Part shown: in pieces, positions 12,468 through 26,597 of the stretch
How positions within the stretch are numbered: position 1 is the first letter of the stretch
Layout: each line of letters opens with the position of its first letter
Origin: the human T2T-CHM13v2.0 reference genome, Homo sapiens
Strand: one strand, 5' to 3'
DNA: 64,000 nt
Assembly: GCF_009914755.1 (NCBI RefSeq)
Contig: NC_060934.1
The notes under the pieces: generated by a model
What the model saw: the letters and a program-made list of their open reading frames with translations, nothing else
Told to the model about the DNA's origin: nothing
Database searches by the model: none
Translations under genes and position numbers: made by a program

Positions 12468-15400
12468 CTAACTTTACCGCAGACTCTAGATGATCTGCTC
12501 CATTCTAGACTCTGGCTCCCATCCCATACCATCCCTCATCAGTCACTGGGCTCCAGCCATCCTGACTTTTATTCTTTCCTTCAAACATTCCCAACTCATT
12601 ACTGCTCCCCCAGTCTTTGCCCTTGCTGCTCCTTCTGTCTAGAATTATCTTCCCCAGATTTCCTCAAGGCTAGACTTTTCTCGTGATTCATAATTTATAG
12701 CCAATGAACTCTTTCCTTAGCCTCAAAAAATAAGATATTTTATAAATACACTGAATTGGAATTAAGCTTCTAAGACCTTATTATATTTTCCAAAATGTGA
12801 AAGCCTTTAGTGAGGCACTCCTCAGGTGTAACCACAGGCCTCCAAGAGGCTGATTCCTTGCCACCCAGCAGCTCTAGTTCTTGCATCTCCACACCCACTC
12901 CACTGTAGCAGGCCTGAGGAGAAACCTCTATATAATAATAATAGAAAAAGTTTAGAGTTTTGACTGTAACACAGGCATGAACATTTTATTTACCAACTGG
13001 AGAATCTTGTCTTATTTTTAAGTGACCAGAATTTAGTGGAGCAGAGGAATAAATAGCCCAACAGAGAGAATTTTTTGTCTCTAGTAGGAGATAATAATAA
13101 ATTGCTTTGTAAATATATCTCTTGACCTGTCATGCCTGCCCAAAGCAGTTATAAATTTGCTAAAGGAGTGTTAGTTATCTTTATCAACTTTTTCTCTGAT
13201 AATAGTTCCCTGCACATAGGAGAGTAGGAGAGGCTCGTTTATTCACTTGTTCAAGCATTTATTGAGCAACTCCTATGTGCCAGTCATGTCATCCCTGAGG
13301 TGAAAATAACATGACTCCTGTCTTCAAAAAAAAAAAAAAAACTTAAATGGATTAGTCAACAAAGAAATGACAATGATCTAAGCATAAGGTGTTTTGCACA
13401 GTGTGATATGAACAAAGTACCACTGGACATAGAGGAAGATGAGCACCAGAGTGAAATAATTGAGCTCATCAAGAAATATTTTTTAACTTTATACTACTAA
13501 ACTTATTAAATTGTTGCTATGTTATGATTGTATTTGAATTCAGAGGAGGCAATTATTTTGGATAATCTTCACAGTACAGATTAGGGAAAATTTAATGGAC
13601 CATTTTTAGGAGTCAAGTGAATTTCTGGAAGGTAACTGTTTGCTTCCAAAGTAAAGGGGACATTACCACTAGGGGATTGTCTATGGTCTTCTATTTCAGA
13701 AGTTCCTGGGTCATGTCAGTTTTCATGCAGCCTCTAATACTTCTCCCACCCAGTTCAAGATTGTTACAAATGCTGTATGGAACAATTTATTCCTTTATCC
13801 ATCCTCAGTTTCTCCCCTATAAGCATGAAAATTCCTTTGAAGAGAAAGTAGATTTTTATTATTCTGACATGAAGGAATTTTACTATTTTCTGATGATAAG
13901 CTTTAACATACAAATAAAGGAAAATGTGTGAACTCCCTAGGTACCAAGAAAACTAAAAGGGCACTATTGAATATGACAGGAAACAGAGAGAGGAGATCAG
14001 AGACAATGGTTGTACACAGATTCTCTTGTTCCGTTATTTTGTCCTGTTCTACTAATTTATTTCTACTCCTTTGAACTTGCCCTAACATTCCATCTTTCCT
14101 CTTCATTTCTGAATTTCCAGGCCTCCTCTCAAGAAAACAAATAAAATATTCTGTTAAAGATCTATAAAATTTCTCTAACAATCTCAGGTTTTCTGTTAAG
14201 ATCAGTCATGAGGAAGTCAAAAACAAAATGATTCACAGATAACACAGATCAAAATAAGCATGATTTATATTGGCCAACTCCACTCAGTCCACTTCCAAGC
14301 ATTCTCCTGAGATATACCAGTGAACATTTGGGATCCGAAAAAGATGCTTATGTACAACACATGTTATATCACCAGCATGTCTTGGAAGAAATTATATCTA
14401 GTCCCGTAGGTCCCTGGACATTGTTAAGGGGGTAAAATTTCTCTTTTACCTCAAAACATTATCCAGTTCCTGGGAATTTACAGCAATCCTCCCAAGCCCA
14501 GAGAAGAGGCTGATATCCAAGTCTACTTTGTAGGCAAACAATACATGAATTTATTTATTTAAAAAAATCTCATTAGTGCCAGAAAATGTGCTTGACATCT
14601 GGGATAAATTTATGAATAAAATATATTCCCAGCCTTTGGAGATCTCAAAGCATTCTTATTAAAAGAGATGAACAGGATGTCTGTGTTTTCAAACATGCTG
14701 CTATTGACTTACTGGAAAGAAAATGATCACCTCACAGAGCAATCTGCAAAATGTAAAAGATTCCTTGCAAAAATTCCAACAGAAGAAATGATCACCAATG
14801 TGACTCTTAAATAGGCCCTATGTAAAGTCTTCTAATAACAGGAGTTATTGTGAATTCTAAAAGCAGGCTCTGACATCCATGATAAAGCTCTGGCTCCCAA
14901 GAAACATCTAATCAGAATGAATGCTTGTTCACATTTTCAAATTCTCAAACAATTCATCAATAGCTGCAAATAAAATAATTAATGTAAACACCAAGAAACT
15001 ATGTTTTGCACTATCCAAATTACCCACGCTGAAATGTTGAATGCCTTCAGTCCACTGTCTAAGAATAATTGTTTTAACAATTTTTTTAGCCATATGATTA
15101 AGAAACTTGTTGAGTAACCTTTATTTATTAAGTCATACCAGGTATTAGGAGAAATAAGAATAATAGTTAAGGTGGAGGTAGATCTAGAACAGCCTTAAAA
15201 GGCAGCATAGGTAGTTTGTACTTTATATCCTAAGCAGTAGGAAATCAGAGACAACTCCTGAGCAAACAAGATACTTGGTAAAGTTGAAATTTGGAAACTG
15301 TAAACTGTTGACAGTGTGCAGAATGAGCTAGAGACTGGGCAAGGAGTCTACAATGGAGTTATCTCCTCTACTAAAAGTAGGTAGCATTTTAAAAAAAGGA

Positions 15401-15494
15401 AAGAAACAAAGGTAGACTATAAGATGCCTCTGAAATTGAAAAATCCAATGTATTTAGATTTCTATTTTATTTGGAAACTTTTACATTTTAAGTG

Positions 15495-15750
15495 TACAGT
15501 TTAATCCCCTGTGAGTTATCTTTAGGAAGTTACTTACCTATAAAACTAGGTTAATAATAGCACCTATATCATAAGACTATTGAGATTATTGAATGATATA
15601 AGGCATTGATAAATATAGTATTAGAAGAATACCTGCTGTATAACAAGTAATCAACAAAAAATGATATCATGCATTTGTAAATGTAATCTTAGCAGAATAC
15701 CTGCTACATAACAAGTGACCAATGATGTTACTATGTTATTATCATTATTA
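15495..15750 (+). mobile_element. MIR with internal ~68-bp tandem duplication
   Basis: TTAGGAAGTTACTTA...TAATAATAGCACCTA...; duplicated AGAATACCTGCT...TAACAAGT. Confidence 0.6.
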
Positions 15751-16094
15751 GAAACAATACAATAGTAAGTAATATTTTATTTTGGATAATATCCTTTCTT
15801 TTGTATTCATCATGTTCTTTTAAAGTTCCAGATAGAAAGTTAAAAGAATGGATTATAGCATAAAATATCACTGGATGAAATGACAACTGCAGACACTGTG
15901 AAGATTCAAAAAATCTTACTTTTCACTATCTATTTTTAATATTTTAATTGTTTTAAGGTATTACATGATTAAGAAAAAATATTAAAAACAAAAAAGAAAA
16001 CAACTTATAGTCACATTAAAAAGTAATTAACAAGTGATAGACATATGCTTATTCAAAAGTGAAGATAATAATCATAAAGAGGGATTACACTTTT

Positions 16095-16295
16095 TAAGTT
16101 TCTGCTATGTGCCTGACACTGTTTTAAGCTCTTTCATATATTTTATCATGATTATGTCTCTGAACTTAATATCATTAGTCTTCTAAACTGAAAGTTATTC
16201 CAAGTTACTGAGGAATTACAGAGAGGGTTACAGATTTGTCTACAAGGTTATCCAGCTAATTAGTAGAAGAATTATGAAATGAACTCAGACAATGT
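16095..16295 (-). mobile_element. MIR fragment
   Basis: CTATGTGCCTGACACTGTTTTAAG...ACTGAGG...CAAGGTTATCCAGCTAATTAGT. Confidence 0.6.
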
Positions 16296-18661
16296 AATTA
16301 CATATATGCACACTTAAATTTATCATTTAAGAAATTAAAATCACAAAGCAAGTCTCTATAATTACAATTGGCTCTGCCAGCCACAATATTTGGGGTAGAC
16401 GTTTCTGCTAGGAAAATGCCCTATGTCTGTTTTCATGTTTGGTAAGTCTAACTCCATGGTCCAAATAACGCCCACATCTGAGAAACATATCACCCAAGGC
16501 ATTCAACAGACCATAAGAATAAAACCATTTTTATTTTCAAAAGAAAAATAGTACAAATTAAATAATAAAATAAAAATCTTTGTAAACACTTTGGAAACAG
16601 TAAATCCTCCCCTATCTCCAAATTAATGTGAGGATCCAGAAGCAAATAATCAGTGAGTCTTCTAATTTGTTCAAAAACCTGAGATTTCTTAAAGATCTGT
16701 CTACTTTGCAGCTGCCAAATGAATAACTGAATTTATGAGGGTGAAGCTAAGCCTGAGCTACTGATCAGTGAAATCGGTTACAACTGGGTGGAAGAGCTGC
16801 ACTGCTGAGAACTCCAGAAAATGGCAATATCACTCAAAGCCTGCAAGATCCTGCCATGAAAACATTACAAAGTGGACTGCACTTGAATTCCTGGTTCACG
16901 TGATAAGTCATTTTTGGAGCCTTGTGAAACTTCTCAGTGATACTAGGCCTTTGGCTTCCCAATTTAATAAGATTAGAGGTCAAAAGGGGTTTGATCTGAA
17001 CTGGCCTTTGTTTGTCAAAATGATGTTTCAGCAAAACCCACTTTACAGAAAGCAACCATTCCATTTTCATTTCTCGTTTCCCTTTAACAACTATTTAATA
17101 TCCCAATTTTACATTTATCTGGCAACTCTAAGTTAAAGTTAATTTTATATTTATGTAAAATTGTCTAACTGTAAAATGATGAATTACTCTGTGTTATTTG
17201 GCAGAGGTTAGTGAAACATTGAACCCATTAATTGATCTTTAGCTAATTGTAGCTTAGTTTGCACTGTAGCAATTATAAGTCCCTAGAAAGCCTTTATGAT
17301 TCATTTTTACTTATTTATTTTCAAATCAAGGGAGATAAATATACATATTTTGGTAAAGAAAGCCAGAGTATCTGTGAATTAAGTTACTGCAAACCATGAG
17401 TTTTCATTTATAAGTGGAACTGAAACCAGTTTGTTTGTAAAATGTAATAATGGTTACTAATAGTTGCATTTGACAAGAACTTAACAATGAACCTATTTAA
17501 TTAACTTACTTTTAAGTCTTGGCAACATTTAACAGCCTAGGAAGATTTCTACTATGCACATGAACTTTGGGAATTTACAAAATTGTAAAAAGACGTTTTA
17601 TCAATAAATTTTGAGTGTCTTCTTGAGGTCTTCATTGCTGTTGTTTTCAATTATAAATTATCATTAATATAATACCATACCGTCATTTTCAATTTAGTTT
17701 TCCGTGGGTGTTTTGGTTAATTCTACAATACTTAGTCATTTATATTTGTGTCAAAGTTATTTTGGGGATAGAATTTTCCAACTCTACTTGTATGAATTAT
17801 GTTCCATAAAGAAACATATAAAGCACAATATGCTTACAGCTAATGCACACATATTATAATGCTCCAAAATATGTTCGACAGTGTGACCAATTACTCACCT
17901 GTACAGAATCTCCTGTATAAAACTAAAGGAGGATCATGCCTGGAATGTGAGTGGGGATAGAGTGAACATTATTCTGTGAATCAATACTGTGACAAATCTC
18001 AGAAAATTCCATGCAACAAAGAAACTAGTAGATGTTGATTTTCATGGAACTGAAAAGTTGGTCGATATTGCTTTAGAAACATGCTTTATTGGTGACATAA
18101 TTTGGTGTAAAGGTAATATTACATTAAAAAATATCTGCAGGACTTCTCTGGGAGTTGCTTGTACTAACATTCATTGTGACTTTTTATGAATGGAATATAT
18201 TTTGTTAAATTTCTCAAATATATTTTACTGTTAAATAACTTAATGTTTTCAGGAATGCATGTGGGGAAATGCTCGAGTAAGGGTTAAAAACCCTGAGGCC
18301 TTTCTTACCCTATGGAAATAATTGATCTAAATGTTAGTCCCACTGGGCTCAAGCTTTAAAAATCCAAAATTAAAAAGTGTCATGGATAAACTGCTGTTTT
18401 ACTTTGTAGATGCCATCAGTCAAATACCACAAAATCACACACTTAGGGAACAAAGTTAAGTTTATTAATTGAGGTTTCAACAAAGACCATGGACATTCTC
18501 GAGGTATCTCAAAAGAGGGGAGTTAGGGAGAGGTACCTACATGCCTTGCGGGTCCAGAGTTAGTCCTAAAATGGTCTTGGCAGAGAATAATTAGAGCTTG
18601 TAAATAGGAGATTGGTTAGAAGAGTTCAGTGATCTCAACATTAGAATATGGGAGTCCCCTG

Positions 18662-21171
18662 TGATATGGTCTGGATCTTTGTCCCCTCTAAACCTCATGT
18701 TGAAATGCAATTCCCATTGTTGGAGGTCAGCACTGATTGGAGGTGTTTAGTGCATGGGGGCAGATCCCTCATGAATAGCTTAGTGCCATTCCCTTGGTGA
18801 TAAGTGAGTCATCCTTCTGAGTTCACATGATATCTGGTTGTTCAAAAGTGTGTGGGACTTCCCCTTCCCTTGCTCCCAGTCTTTCCCATGTGATATGGTG
18901 GTCCTCTTCACCTCTTGCCATGATTGTAGGTTTCTGAGGCTCTTACCAGAAGCAAATGCCAGCACTACATCTGTGGTGTACAGTGTGCAGAACCATGAGC
19001 CAGTTAAACCTCTTTTCTTTATAAATTACCCAGCCTTAGGTATCTCTTTATAGCAACACAGGAATGGGCTACTACAGAAAACTGGTACCAGGAGTGGGGT
19101 ATTGCTATACATATACCTGAAAATGTCCAAGCAGCTTTGGAACTGGGTAACAGGCAGAGATTGGAAGAATTTAGAACTCTCAGAAGAAGACAGGAAGATA
19201 AGGGAAAGTTTGCAACTTCTTAATGATTGATTAAATGGTTGTGACTGAGATGCCGATAGAGATGTGGGTAATGAAAGTCAGGCTGAAGAGGTCTCAGTTA
19301 GAAATGAGAAAGTTAACAAAAACTGTAGTAAAGGTCCTCTGTGCTACACCCTAGCAAGGAACTTGGCTGCACTGTGTTCATGCTTTAGGGATCTGTGGAA
19401 GTTTGACCTTAAGAGTGATAAACTAGGGTATCTGGTGGAAGAAATTTTTAAGCAGCAAAGCATTAAAGATGTGGTCTGGCTGCTTCTAACAACAATAAGA
19501 TAGAGAAGCAGGGAAATGACTTAAAGTTGGAACTTATGTTTTAAAAGAAAACAGAGCATAAAAGTTTGGAAAATTTGCAGCCAGGCCCTGTGGTAGAGAA
19601 ATAATCCAAACAGGCTGCAATCCAAACAGCTTGCTACAGAGATTATGACTAAAAAGGAGTCAAGTGCTAATATCCGAGACAATAAAAGGGCCTCAAAGGC
19701 ATTGCAAAAGTCTTTGAGACAGTTCCTCCCATCACAGTCTCAAAGACATAGGAGGAAAAAGAGGTTTTGGGGGCCAGGCCCAGGGCCCTGCTGCCTGCTC
19801 AGTTTCAGGACACTACTCACCACATCTTGGCTGCTCTGGCTTCAGCCTCAGCTCAAAGGGACCCAAGTATAGTTCAGGCTGCTGCTTCAGGGGACACAAC
19901 CACAAATCCTGGCAGCTTTCACATAGTTTTAAGCCTGTGGGTGCACAGCTTGCAAAAGTAAAGGAGGCTTACTGGCTTCTACTTCAACAGCACTAAATAT
20001 ATGGGAAAGCCTGGTTGCCTGGGCAAAAGCATGCCACAGGGGTGGAACCCCTGCAAAGAGACTCTACTGAAGCAATGACAAGGGGAAATGTGGGATTAGA
20101 GCCCCCACACCAAGTTCCCACCATGGTACAGCATAGTGGAGCTGTGGTAAGGGGACCACTGCCCTCCAGACCCAAGAATGGTAGAGTCACCAGCAGTTTT
20201 TTTTGTCAGCCAGGAGGAACCACAGGCACTGAACTCCAGCCCATCAGAGTAGTTGTGTGGGCTACATCCAGCAAAGCCAAGGGGATGGAGCTGCCCAAGC
20301 CAAAGGGGTGGAACTATCCAAGCCAAATGGGTGGAGCTGCCCAAGCCAAAGGGGTGGAGCTGCCCAAGGCCTTGGGAGCCCAGCCCTCACACCAGTGTGC
20401 CCTGAATGTAGGGTCTGGAATCAAAGGAGATCATTTTGGAGCTTTAAGATTTAATCACTGCCCTGCTAGGTTTTAGACTTGTGTGGGGCCTATCATCCCC
20501 TTTTTTTTTTGGCCAATTTCTCCCTTTTGGAATGGTAATATTAACCCAATGCCTATAACACCATTGTATCTTGGGAGCAAATACCTTGTTTTGATTTTAC
20601 AGGCTCAGAGGCAGAAGGAGATGAGTTTCAGCTGAGACTTAGGACTCTGGACTTGATGCTGGAAAAAGTTAAGACTTGCAGGGACTACCAAAAGGAAAGG
20701 ATTGTAATTTGTAATGTGAGAAGATCATGAGATTTGGGGAGCCAGAGGTGGAATGATATGGTGTGGATGTCTCTTCTCTTCAAATCTCATGTGGAAATGT
20801 GATGGCCACTGTTGGACACGGGGCCTGCTGGGAGATGTTTAGATCATGGAAGCAGACCCCTCATGAATAGCTTATTGTCATCCCGTTGGTGATGACAGAA
20901 TTCTCTTTCTGAGTTTATACAAGATCTGATTACTTAAAAGTGTGTGGCAACTTCCTCCTCTCTCTTTTGTTTCTGCTTTTGCCATGTGATATGCTGCTCC
21001 CTTTCACCTTCCACCATGCTTGTCAGCTTTCTGAGGCCATCACCAGAAGCAGATGCTGGCACCCTGCTTCCTGTACAGCCTTGCAAAACTGCTAGCCAAT
21101 TAAATCTTGTATTTTGTAAATTACCCTGCCTCAGATATTTCTTTATAGCAATGCAAAAACAGCTTAACACA
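18662..21171 (+). mobile_element. Full-length MST (MSTB-like) MaLR: 5' LTR 18662-19076, internal 19077-20753, 3' LTR 20754-21171
   Basis: Two homologous TG...CA LTRs (TGATATGG...CAGATCCCTCATGAATAGCTT...), internal region starting GAAAACTGGTACCAGGAGTGGGG, purine tract before the 3' LTR. Confidence 0.92.
20275..20366 (+). repeat. 23-bp minisatellite x4 (AGCCAAAGGGGTGGAGCTGCCCA) inside MST-int
   Basis: Units start at 20275, 20298, 20321 and 20344. Confidence 0.95.
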
Positions 21172-21589
21172 TTGCAGAATTACTGTTAGATCATTTATTT
21201 GTCGTCCTCTCATGAAACACCTAGGTATGAGTGAGCTAGCCTTCAAAGAGTTCAAACTTAGATTTTCTCTGATGTCCTTAGATTTTCATGGCTTTGTCTG
21301 GTATAGTTTATTTGTTTATGAGAGTAATTTTCCATTCTATCAATTTTTTGGAAAATGGTTTCTTATGGCATTCTGTTAGACAGCCTGCCCTTTGTTTACT
21401 TAAATATAAATTATTTGATGGGGCTGATGGGCCTTTCCATCCCTCTCATATAGAATGTAGAGGTGAGAAAACATTGCTGGTGATACCACAGAACTCAGTG
21501 ACTAGGGGCTCAAAATGATGACATTTAGGAGTAGCTTCCAAACCTTGGAGAATCCGTAGACTCTGAGATTCATTTTTTCTACCATATCA

Positions 21590-21918
21590 CTCAAATTTGC
21601 TGCATGAAAAACATTGACATTTCAGGGGCATGTGAAAAGAAACAGTTGTTTGTCTCCAGGTCAGCTAAGATGGTTTTCTTTAAAGGTGTGTATCTGTGGG
21701 TAGAGTAGGGCAATTTTGTTTCATTCTTCTTCTTAGGTGCCAGAATAGAGGAGCAGCAGCTTTCCAAAATATGTGGTTCTTGTAGAGATGCTAAGAAAGC
21801 AAGCCCAATAGTGAAAGCACATTTCAAACTTTTACTTGAGTCATGTACCACACTGGCCCATTTATCAATGCAAGTCGCAATGGTCACGCTGTATGTCAAG
21901 GGGAGAGAAGTATTCCCC
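21590..21918 (-). mobile_element. Old MLT1 MaLR LTR fragment
   Basis: AAGCAAGCCCAATAGTGAAAGCACATTTCAAAC...CAAGTC...GTCAAGGGGAGAGAAGTATTCCCC resembles the antisense of MLT1J/K/L. Confidence 0.55.
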
Positions 21919-22181
<263 letters not shown>

Positions 22182-22876
22182 TCATGTCTTAAAATCAGAT
22201 GTCTTATTTTAAACCCCAGACCTGCCATTGAGTGAGCTGCCATGCAACCTCTTTTGATCCTAGTTATTTCTTAGGCACGATAGGATAAGACCTGTATGGT
22301 AATATTTCTTTTTTTTTTTTTAAAAAAAAACAGCTTACAAGCTAGCATATATTAAGTGATAAAATGTTTTACAATATATACATGTGCATATAACCACATA
22401 AATATGGAATATATACATATGCAGACACATGCATAGAAAATCTATCTGTGAGTAGTGGAATTATAGCTGATTACTTACTCTCTAAACTTACTTTTATCCT
22501 TTTAAAACATATTATTTTTCCAAACCAAGAAATAAAAATATTTTCATCCCAAAAGCAAACATATTTAGGAGTTTCTAGATTACATGTTCAAATGTCAGAG
22601 GTGACTCCAGGGAATATCAATGAATTACTAATTGTAGAAAAAGTCAGAATATTGTTTTGATATCTTCTCTAAGAATATCTGAAGAAACCAGAGAGAATCT
22701 TTCCTCAGTCAGCAGTAAATGATGGTATCTCCCAACTCATGTATCATGACTTTTGTTAGAAATTAGCAGCACACAGATGATACTGGTCTATGTATGAAGT
22801 CCAGCCTTGACCACATATCCTAAAAATGGTGTGTTGTAGTCAAATGGGACAAGGCAATAATTTTTTTTTGCTTTAC

Positions 22877-23242
22877 TGTATTCATCTGTTCTTACGCTGC
22901 TAATAACAACATACCCAAGACTGGGCAATTTATGAAGGAAAAAAGGTTTAATTGACTCACAGTTCCACATGGCTGGGGAGGTCTCACAATCATGGTGGAA
23001 GGCAAAGGAGGAGCAAAGTCATGTCTTGCTTGGTAGCAGGCAAGAGAGTACGTGCAAGGGAACTGCCCTTTTATAAAACCATCAGTTCTCATGAGATTCA
23101 TTCACTATCACGAGAACAGCACAGGTGAAACCCACCCACATCATTTAATTACTTCCTACAGTGTCCCTCCCACAACACATGGGAATTATGGGAGCTACAA
23201 TTCAAGATGAGATTTGGGTGGGGACACAACAAAACTGTATCA
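22877..23242 (-). mobile_element. THE1 (C-like) solo LTR with 5-bp TSD TTTAC
   Basis: TGTATTCATCTGTTC...GAGATTTGGGTGGGGACACA...TATCA; TTTAC at 22872-22876 and 23243-23247. Confidence 0.95.
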
Positions 23243-24334
23243 TTTACATAAGCCAGTTATGATGTTCTGACTAGGTCATGTCCAATTTTATATCTGCAGC
23301 ACTTAGAAAATCACCCCTGAAATCTGTGCTCAGAAATGTTTATTCAGTGAATAACACTAGATGTTCTGGGAAGGAGCATGGACAGTGCTTGGTCCCATCC
23401 TTGCTCTTACACTTAGTCACTGTCAAATTAGACCAGAGTAGCTGATCTTCCTCACTGAATAGACATAATGAGCCTTATTTAACCAAGTTATTTAGGCAGT
23501 TGTATTCAATAAATTTTCTCTTGCCCTTAATTTTACATCTGTGTAATGCAAATCCTCAGGCTTCTTGAAATGATTAAACTAAATTGCACAAATGCAGCAT
23601 GTAATGTAGTATTGCCAATTATTAATAAATATTTTACAATTATTTACACTCACTATTATTACTCTTGTCTCTTGGAGCAATTTTTCCCCTGACTTCTAAG
23701 TTAATTTTAATTGAGATTGAGTGTGCCTCCTTTCACAGATCTATGATAAAGAGTCTTAGAGGTTTAGCTCTCCTGCAGGGCAGAGGCCCCAAATCCTAGA
23801 TTTCCCACACTGATGGAAATGAGAGACTTTGACATGATGAGCATTCTTCTGTACTACACTATAGCCAAGACAAATGCCAGACAATTTCCTGGATAGTCTA
23901 TAGGTCTATATTAACTCCTTTCAATAATTTGCTGCTGATTATGAAATTTTATTTAACCAAAAACTTCAAAATAGGAATATACACTTTCTGATGTATGTCA
24001 ATGACTCAGAAAGGGTGTCCATTTCTCCTCACATTTTCAAGGTCATAACAAAATATGGAAAACTTTAATTTGTTTATTGTTCATTTTCCCAGGACTCAGG
24101 TCTTTGTGGTTTTGGAAGGGATAACAGGAAATTAAAACATCAATATACCCACCATATTTTTCTCAGTCCTAAACAAATGAAAATAGTATTTCCCAAGATG
24201 TTTCTTCAGTCTTGAATTCGTTTCTCTATGTAGCTCAATCTCAGCTGTGTTACGGAGGGAGACTAGAGATGCACTGAGTCTGCTGAAGTCATGTTGGTTA
24301 TAATATTGATATTAATGAAGATGGAAGTTTGTTT

Positions 24335-24982
<648 letters not shown>

Positions 24983-25011
24983 CTAAGCATATTTTATTTA
25001 TCAGTTCGTGA

Positions 25012-26022
25012 TTTTTTTTTTAATTTTTGTATTTCAATAGCATTAGGAGTACATATGGTTTTTCATTACAAGGATAAATTGTATAATGGTGAAATCTGAG
25101 ATTTTAGTGTATCCGTTACTTGAATAGTGCACATTGTACCCAATATGTAGTTTTTCATCTCTCATGCCCCTGCCACCATCCCCAATTCTGAATCTTCAAT
25201 GTTCATTATACCACTCTGTATCCTTTGCGTAGCCATGGTTCAGCTCGCACTGGTAAGTGAGAACATTTGGTATTTAGTTTTCCATTCCTGAGTTCCCTCA
25301 CTTGATAATGGCCTTCAATTCCATCTAAGTTGCCCCAAAATATGTTATTTAGTTCTTTTGTATTGCTAAGTAGTATCCATGATACATATGGATACACCAC
25401 ATTTTATCTACTCATTAGTTGAGAACTTAGGTTGATTCCATTTCTTTGCAATTGTGAATTGTTCTACAATAAACATACATATGTAGGTGTCTTTCTATAT
25501 AATGACTTATTTTCCTTTGGGTAGATACCCAGTAGTGGGTATTGCTGGTTCGAATGGCAGATTTACTCTTACTTAGTTAAGAAATCTTCATACTGTTTTC
25601 CCCAGGGGTTGTACTAATTTACATTCCCACTAGCAATGTATAAGTATTCCCTTCACATCACATCTGCTCCAACATCTACTGTTTTGTGACTTTTTAATAA
25701 TGGTCATTCTGGCTGGGGTAAAGTGGTATCTCATTGTGGTTTTAATTTGTATTTTCCTGATGATCAGGAATGTTGAACATTTTTTCACATATCTCTCGGC
25801 CATTTGTATATCTCTTTTTGAAAAATGCCTATTCATGTCATTTGCCCACTTTTTAATAAGATTATTTGGTTGTATTTCCTACTAACTAGACTGAGTTCCT
25901 TGTAGATTCTGGATATTAGTCCTTTGTCAGATGCATAGTTTGCAAATATTTTCTCCCATTCTTTAGGTGGTCTGTTCATTCTGTTGATTATTTCTTTTGC
26001 TGTGCAGAAGCTTTGTATGTTT
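25012..26022 (-). mobile_element. L1PB-like 3' end (3' UTR plus ORF2 C-terminus)
   Basis: ORFs 25630-25836 (NRHFSK...MRYH) and 25833-26048 are L1 ORF2 C-terminal fragments; L1PB-type 3' UTR. Confidence 0.9.
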
Positions 26023-26242
26023 AAATTTTTTACTATTGTTCTGATCAACTCTTGGCCTGATTATGGGAAAACTAGGTGCTCACTAGGAATACATAATAAA
26101 GCACCAGCATCAGTGAATCCTTACAGTGCTCTCCAGGTAATTAATTTCATAGAATATTGCTTTCAAGAGAATATTCCATGACATTAATACATCCTCACTC
26201 TTGATCACTGTCATTCCTGTAAATAATTTCTGAGTTATGCAA

Positions 26243-26317
26243 GCTGGACTCAAGCAATACACCTGTCTTTGCCTCCCACAGTGCTAGGATTACAGGCATG
26301 ACACACCATGCCTAGCC
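26243..26317 (-). mobile_element. Alu left-arm/FLAM fragment
   Basis: CTCAAGCAAT...GCCTCCCACAGTGCTAGGATTACAGGCATGA...CCATGCCTAGCC. Confidence 0.8.
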
Positions 26318-26597
26318 AAGATTAATATCTTAACCATGTAGTTTATTCTCAAATGAATCCACCAAGTCAATGCAATTTGAGTCAAAACCTCAACAGGATT
26401 CTTCAGGGAACTTGACATACTGCTTTTCAAATGTATACATTAGTTAAGAGCCAATTACAGACAAGAAGAAAACATCGAAGAAGAACAGACTAAGTTATCC
26501 ACCTTCTCACATATAAGAACTTATTTTAAAAGAATAGTTATATTAACATGCAAAATTTGCCAAATAGAGCAATGGAAAAAATATAAAATGAATAGGC

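Larger units (their letters stand above)
11750..12720 (+). mobile_element. L2 fragment split by an L1 3' fragment and two GA-rich tracts
   Basis: L2-like CAGCCAGATGTATCTTTTTAAAAATGAATATCAGATCA at ~11835-11875, resuming at ~12470 with CTCCAGCCATCCTGACTTT...CTTTGCCCTTGCTGCTCCTTCTG. Confidence 0.65.

Noticed and set aside
18400-18660. Possible old LTR fragment left of the MST element
   Set aside because: Too diverged to assign a family or boundaries from inspection.
20275-20366. Regularly spaced 23-bp repeats as a possible CRISPR-like array
   Set aside because: Head-to-tail tandem units with no spacers, in primate MaLR DNA, and no cas genes.
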